Part shown: piece after piece, positions 60,213 through 64,000 of the stretch
Numbering within the stretch: position 1 is the stretch's first letter
Layout: every line of letters begins with the position of its first letter
From: Blastocatellia bacterium
Lineage (GTDB): Bacteria > Acidobacteriota > Blastocatellia > UBA7656
Direction of reading: 5' to 3'
Assembly (NCBI GenBank): GCA_963765495.1
Contig: CAVXWP010000010.1
Coordinates: forward strand, 105,682-169,681
Length of the DNA: 64,000 bases
The notes under the pieces: model-generated
What the model was told of the DNA's origin: nothing
The model's input: the letters and a program-made list of their open reading frames with translations, nothing else
Database searches by the model: none
Program-made: the position numbers and the translations under genes

Positions 60213-60764
60213 TTGAAACTTCTAAAATCAATGATACTACTGGCGGTACTCGGCCAGGCAATATTTGCCGATGGCAACCCCTCTCAACAAAAATGGGCCG
60301 AAACCCCGGCTGGAATCAGCCCCGTCTCGATGGCGCGAGCAGGCGAGATAATCGCTCTAGATGAAGGCGGGATTCAATTCGAAACACCCACCGGCTGGCA
60401 GGTCGAGCGGCGCGATGACGGAGATGTCTTTGTCACGACGACCGACAGCGGTCTCATAGTAATTTTTGGGATCGTCGAAGAGGACGATATCGATACGAGA
60501 GTGGACCAGTTGAAAGCAGGCATGACGGACCGGGTCAAAAACTTTAAGTCTGACGGCGAGCCACGCGAGGTCACGTTGAACGGGCTGAAAACAATAGGCG
60601 AATCCGGCTCAGGAGAAATCGAAGGCGAACAGGTTCAATGGAGCATTGACGTCATCATGGCTCGAAAGCCCGTTCTGGTCTACTCATTCGCAGCCACTTC
60701 GGTCTGGCACCAGCACACATCCGAATATCAGGCCCTGATCAAAAGCATCAAGAGAATCAATTGA
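60213..60764 (+). CDS. Secreted hypothetical protein (possible PsbP/Mog1-like fold)
   Basis: RBS GAGGAGG, TTG start, signal peptide; GIQFETPTGWQV...VTLNGL...LIKSIK pattern. Confidence 0.65.
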   Translation: MKLLKSMILLAVLGQAIFADGNPSQQKWAETPAGISPVSMARAGEIIALDEGGIQFETPTGWQVERRDDGDVFVTTTDSGLIVIFGIVEEDDIDTRVDQLKAGMTDRVKNFKSDGEPREVTLNGLKTIGESGSGEIEGEQVQWSIDVIMARKPVLVYSFAATSVWHQHTSEYQALIKSIKRIN

Positions 60765-60780
60765 ACGCCTTGAAATGCGG

Positions 60781-60949
60781 CGTGATGCGTGATGCGTGAC
60801 CTTAAAGGCAGTCTCGTTTTAACGAGGAACTCAGTTCCTCGGCCCCGGAGGGGTCGAAGTAAGGTAGCCAGTGGCAAGCCCAAGGCGCATCCATTGCGCA
60901 ACATCAATGGGTAATTCCAAATCTCACGCATCACGCTTCACGCATCACT
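60781..60949. repeat. Heptamer inverted-repeat element enclosing a REP-like palindrome
   Basis: cgtgatgcgtgatgcgtga ... GGCCCCGGAGGGGTC ... tcacgca tcacgct tcacgca tcac; abuts the permease stop codon. Confidence 0.75.
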
Positions 60950-63398
60950 ATTCGTATCTGAGCGCGACCATCGGATCGACCCGCGTAGCTCGTCTTGCCG
61001 GGATCAAACAGGCGGCAATCGCGACGACGATCAGCACTGCCGGTACCACAATGAATGTCAGGGGATCGGTCGCGCTGACTTCAAACAGCAGGCTTGCCAT
61101 AACGCGCGTCAGCAAAAAGGCTCCGGCCATGCCGACGCCCAGCCCCACTATCGCAAGCCTGAACCCCTGGCCCACCACAAGCGACAATACATTTCCCCTC
61201 GTAGCGCCGAGCGCTACGCGAACTCCTATCTCCTGAGTGCGTTGCGCCACCGTATATGACATCACACCGTAGATGCCTACGGCCGCGAGCAAAAGCGAGA
61301 TGGCTGAAAACGTTCCAAGCAACAGTGAAAGAAAACGCGGCCTCACCATCGAATCCGCAACGACATCGTTCATAGTACGCAGGTCATATATAGGCACGCT
61401 CGGGTCCAGTTCAGAAACCGCCGAACGTATGCTTGAGGCGACCGAACCGGGATTCCCCTCGGTTCGAACGACAAAGTTCATATCGTTGTCTACGCCGAAT
61501 TCGACCCCCTGCGCCTGTAGGAGGTAGAGTTCGGGCCCAGCAGGTTTGTCTACGCCTGCGTTCTTTGTATCTTCGACAATCCCGACGACGGTAAACCAGA
61601 CGGGAGGATCATTGAAACCCGGATTGATGCGCCGCCCGATGGGGCTATCCTGCCAGAACCGTCGAGCCATCGCCTGATTGATCACTGCGACCTTCTGCGC
61701 TCCCTCGGCGCCGTCGGTTCGTTCAAAGGTCCGACCATCAATTGTTCGAATGCCCATAGTCTTGAAGTAGTCTTCGCTTATGACATTCCAGTAATCCACA
61801 TTTTCGGCGGGTTCGTCGGGCGATGTAGGCTTATAATCTTCAATATCGGTGTCATTGGCGTTTATCGGTCTGAGCGGCGGCAACCCGCCTGCCTGTGCAG
61901 CGGCTTTTACGCCGGGAATCGCGGCCAGGCGCTGTTGCAAGTCTCTGGCAAACTGCACTCGCTCAGGAGACTTGTATTTTGTCCCGGGCAGTTCAAGGCT
62001 CATTGACATAACGGAATTTTGGTCGAATCCGAGTTCGACGTGTTGGAGTTTCCAGAAGGCGTGGATCATAAGCCCCGAGCCGATTATGGGAATCACGGCG
62101 AGCGCGATCTCGGCGATGACGAGAGCCTGTCTGAATCTGTGGCTTCCCCCTCCCGCCACTCTCTGCCCCGATGATCGCATCCAGATTGCCAGATCGCGAT
62201 CACGCATCTGGAAAAGCGGCACGAGCGCAAAGAACAAAACCGAAAGCATAGAGATGCCGAGCGTGAAGGCCAGCACCGTTAGATCAATACTGATTTCGCC
62301 CGTGCGCGGTACGCTGTCGGGCGCTGCGGCCATAATAACCGTGAGTCCCACACGAGCAAGAAGGACGCCTGCCACAGTACCAAGCAGGACCAGAATCATC
62401 CCTTCGGCGAGAAACTGACGAAGCAGCCGCATGCGCCCCGCACCCAGGGCCAGCCGCATCGCAAATTCGCGTCGCCGGGATTCGGCTCTTGCAAGCAGCA
62501 GATTGGCGACGTTTACGCATGCGATCAGCAGCACAAAAGCGACCGCGCCCAGAAGCATTAAGACAGCGGGACGCACCGTTGCCGTTACGTCTTCGTGCAG
62601 AGGGATCATCAAAACCGGGTGGAATTCGGGGTTCAATAAATGCTTTGCCCGGTGCTCGTTCTTCCACCCCTCCATCAGCGAAGCCATCTCGGCCCGCGCC
62701 TGATCGACGCTTGCATCAGGTTTGAGCCGCCCGACAACATTGAGGTAATGCCCTCCCCGGCTGCCGGGGTTTGCGGGGTCGAACTGAAAAGAGGCAACCA
62801 CTTCAGCCGGATCATTGCTGCCCGGAGGAAAGACAAATGCCGGAGGCATCACGCCGATGACCGTATAGGGTTGAGAGTCGATTTGAATCTCTTTGCCGAT
62901 TATATCGGTCTCTGCGCCAAAGGCGCGCCGCCAGAGCCCGTCCGAGATGATCGCCGTACGCGGCCCGCCCTTTATATCTTCTTCCGGCATGAAGTTACGT
63001 CCTCTGGCAATCGGCACGCCAAGCGTATCGATCAAACTCCGCGTAACCAGCGCGGCAGTGACCCGAAGCGGTTCGCCCGAAGTACCGATGTTTGCTCCGC
63101 CCATAGACCACGCGCCAATGCTCTCCCACGATTTGGCCTCGTTCTGGATATCCATGAACTCCGGCGCAGAGATCCAGAATTTCTTCAAATCCATTGTCGG
63201 GAATTCACTGTAAACGCGCACGAGTTTTCCCGGTTCGTGATAAGGCAACGGCCTGAGAAGCACGGCATTGACTACGCTGAAGATAGCGGTGTTTGCGCCG
63301 ATACCGAGCGCCAGCGTCAATACGGCGACCATAGTAAAACCGGGGTTCTTTGCCAGTATTCTGAATCCATATCGAAGGTCTTGCCAGAGACTGTCCAT
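60948..63398 (-). CDS. ADOP-family duplicated (MacB/FtsX-like) ABC permease
   Basis: [73 protein letters not shown]. Confidence 0.93.
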   Translation of the reverse strand: MDSLWQDLRYGFRILAKNPGFTMVAVLTLALGIGANTAIFSVVNAVLLRPLPYHEPGKLVRVYSEFPTMDLKKFWISAPEFMDIQNEAKSWESIGAWSMGGANIGTSGEPLRVTAALVTRSLIDTLGVPIARGRNFMPEEDIKGGPRTAIISDGLWRRAFGAETDIIGKEIQIDSQPYTVIGVMPPAFVFPPGSNDPAEVVASFQFDPANPGSRGGHYLNVVGRLKPDASVDQARAEMASLMEGWKNEHRAKHLLNPEFHPVLMIPLHEDVTATVRPAVLMLLGAVAFVLLIACVNVANLLLARAESRRREFAMRLALGAGRMRLLRQFLAEGMILVLLGTVAGVLLARVGLTVIMAAAPDSVPRTGEISIDLTVLAFTLGISMLSVLFFALVPLFQMRDRDLAIWMRSSGQRVAGGGSHRFRQALVIAEIALAVIPIIGSGLMIHAFWKLQHVELGFDQNSVMSMSLELPGTKYKSPERVQFARDLQQRLAAIPGVKAAAQAGGLPPLRPINANDTDIEDYKPTSPDEPAENVDYWNVISEDYFKTMGIRTIDGRTFERTDGAEGAQKVAVINQAMARRFWQDSPIGRRINPGFNDPPVWFTVVGIVEDTKNAGVDKPAGPELYLLQAQGVEFGVDNDMNFVVRTEGNPGSVASSIRSAVSELDPSVPIYDLRTMNDVVADSMVRPRFLSLLLGTFSAISLLLAAVGIYGVMSYTVAQRTQEIGVRVALGATRGNVLSLVVGQGFRLAIVGLGVGMAGAFLLTRVMASLLFEVSATDPLTFIVVPAVLIVVAIAACLIPARRATRVDPMVALRYE

Positions 63399-63418
63399 AT
63401 TTCCTCCATTGATCAGTC

Positions 63419-63519
63419 GTGAGTTTCGAATTGCCGATAATAGTGCCGGAGTCGGCAACCACCCATTCAAAACTCAAAACTCAAAACTCAAAACTCAAAA
63501 CTCAAAACTCAAAACTCAC
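63419..63519. repeat. Heptamer tandem repeat (TCAAAAC)x7 with a short inverted partner
   Basis: Seven perfect copies at 63467-63515; upstream gtgagtttcgaa pairs with ttcaaaactcac; inner ttgccga/tcggcaa stem. Confidence 0.85.
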
Positions 63520-63525
63520 CCCTCC

Positions 63526-64000
63526 CTACTCATAGCGCAGTGCCACCATCGGGTCTACCCTGATTGCCCGACGGGCCGGGATGAAACTGGCTACCAGAGC
63601 CACTCCTGCCAGAATCAGCGAAATCGCTATAAAGGTTACGGGGTCGGTTGCGCTGACGCCGTACAGCAAATCCACCATCAGGCGAGTCAAAGCCAGTGCC
63701 GTTATCAATCCGATGCCGACCCCGCCTGCTGTAAGCAAGATGGCCTGTCCAACTACCAGTTTGAAGATGTCGCGGCTGGCAGCGCCCAAAGCCATTCGCA
63801 CCCCGATCTCGTGCGTGCGTTGCGTGACTGAATAAGAGATCACACCGTATATGCCGACGGCTGCCAGCACAAGCGCGACCCCGGCAAAGATCATCAGCAA
63901 CAGCATCGAGAATCGCCGCAACGAGATCGAATCCTTCATCAACTGCTCCATAGTCGAGATGTTAGAGACGGCCTGGTCAGGGTCAAGTGCGCGTATCTCG
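63526..64000 (-). CDS. Second ADOP-family permease (5' part outside the window)
   Basis: [25 protein letters not shown]...[17 protein letters not shown]. Confidence 0.92.
   Translation of the reverse strand, partial: EIRALDPDQAVSNISTMEQLMKDSISLRRFSMLLLMIFAGVALVLAAVGIYGVISYSVTQRTHEIGVRMALGAASRDIFKLVVGQAILLTAGGVGIGLITALALTRLMVDLLYGVSATDPVTFIAISLILAGVALVASFIPARRAIRVDPMVALRYE

Overview
A 64-kb window that looks acidobacterial (ADOP-type duplicated permeases and an Oar-like TonB-dependent receptor; the taxon is inferred). It is dominated by two complete, convergently oriented paralogous respiratory operons, each with alternative complex III (actABCDEFG), SCO and an A2-type caa3 oxidase. Copy 1 (+, 6.0-18.7 kb) is followed by a selenocysteine formate dehydrogenase (in-frame UGA plus SECIS) with FeS and NrfD subunits, then an OmpR regulator-hemerythrin-kinase trio. 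Copy 2 (-, 41.3-54.6 kb) has a frameshifted actB. The best candidate for an undescribed system is a translationally coupled gene pair at 35.5-41.3 kb. It encodes an FxsC-like TIR protein and a 1464-aa fusion of a KGGTGR ParA/MinD-like NTPase, a STAND-type helical tail, a TPR-S-like region, a patatin phospholipase and membrane anchors, with no FxsA/FxsB peptide-radical SAM genes, which suggests a conflict or defence module. Other features are a c-di-GMP-I riboswitch whose P3 carries a ~128-nt heptamer-repeat hairpin insertion, a dispersed family of intergenic heptamer inverted-repeat elements, a duplicated OmpR-type promoter, an ECF sigma/anti-sigma/TonB receptor/EF-hand operon, tRNA-Glu(CTC), two PilZ proteins and a hybrid kinase. 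All calls come from reading motifs by eye; no searches were run.
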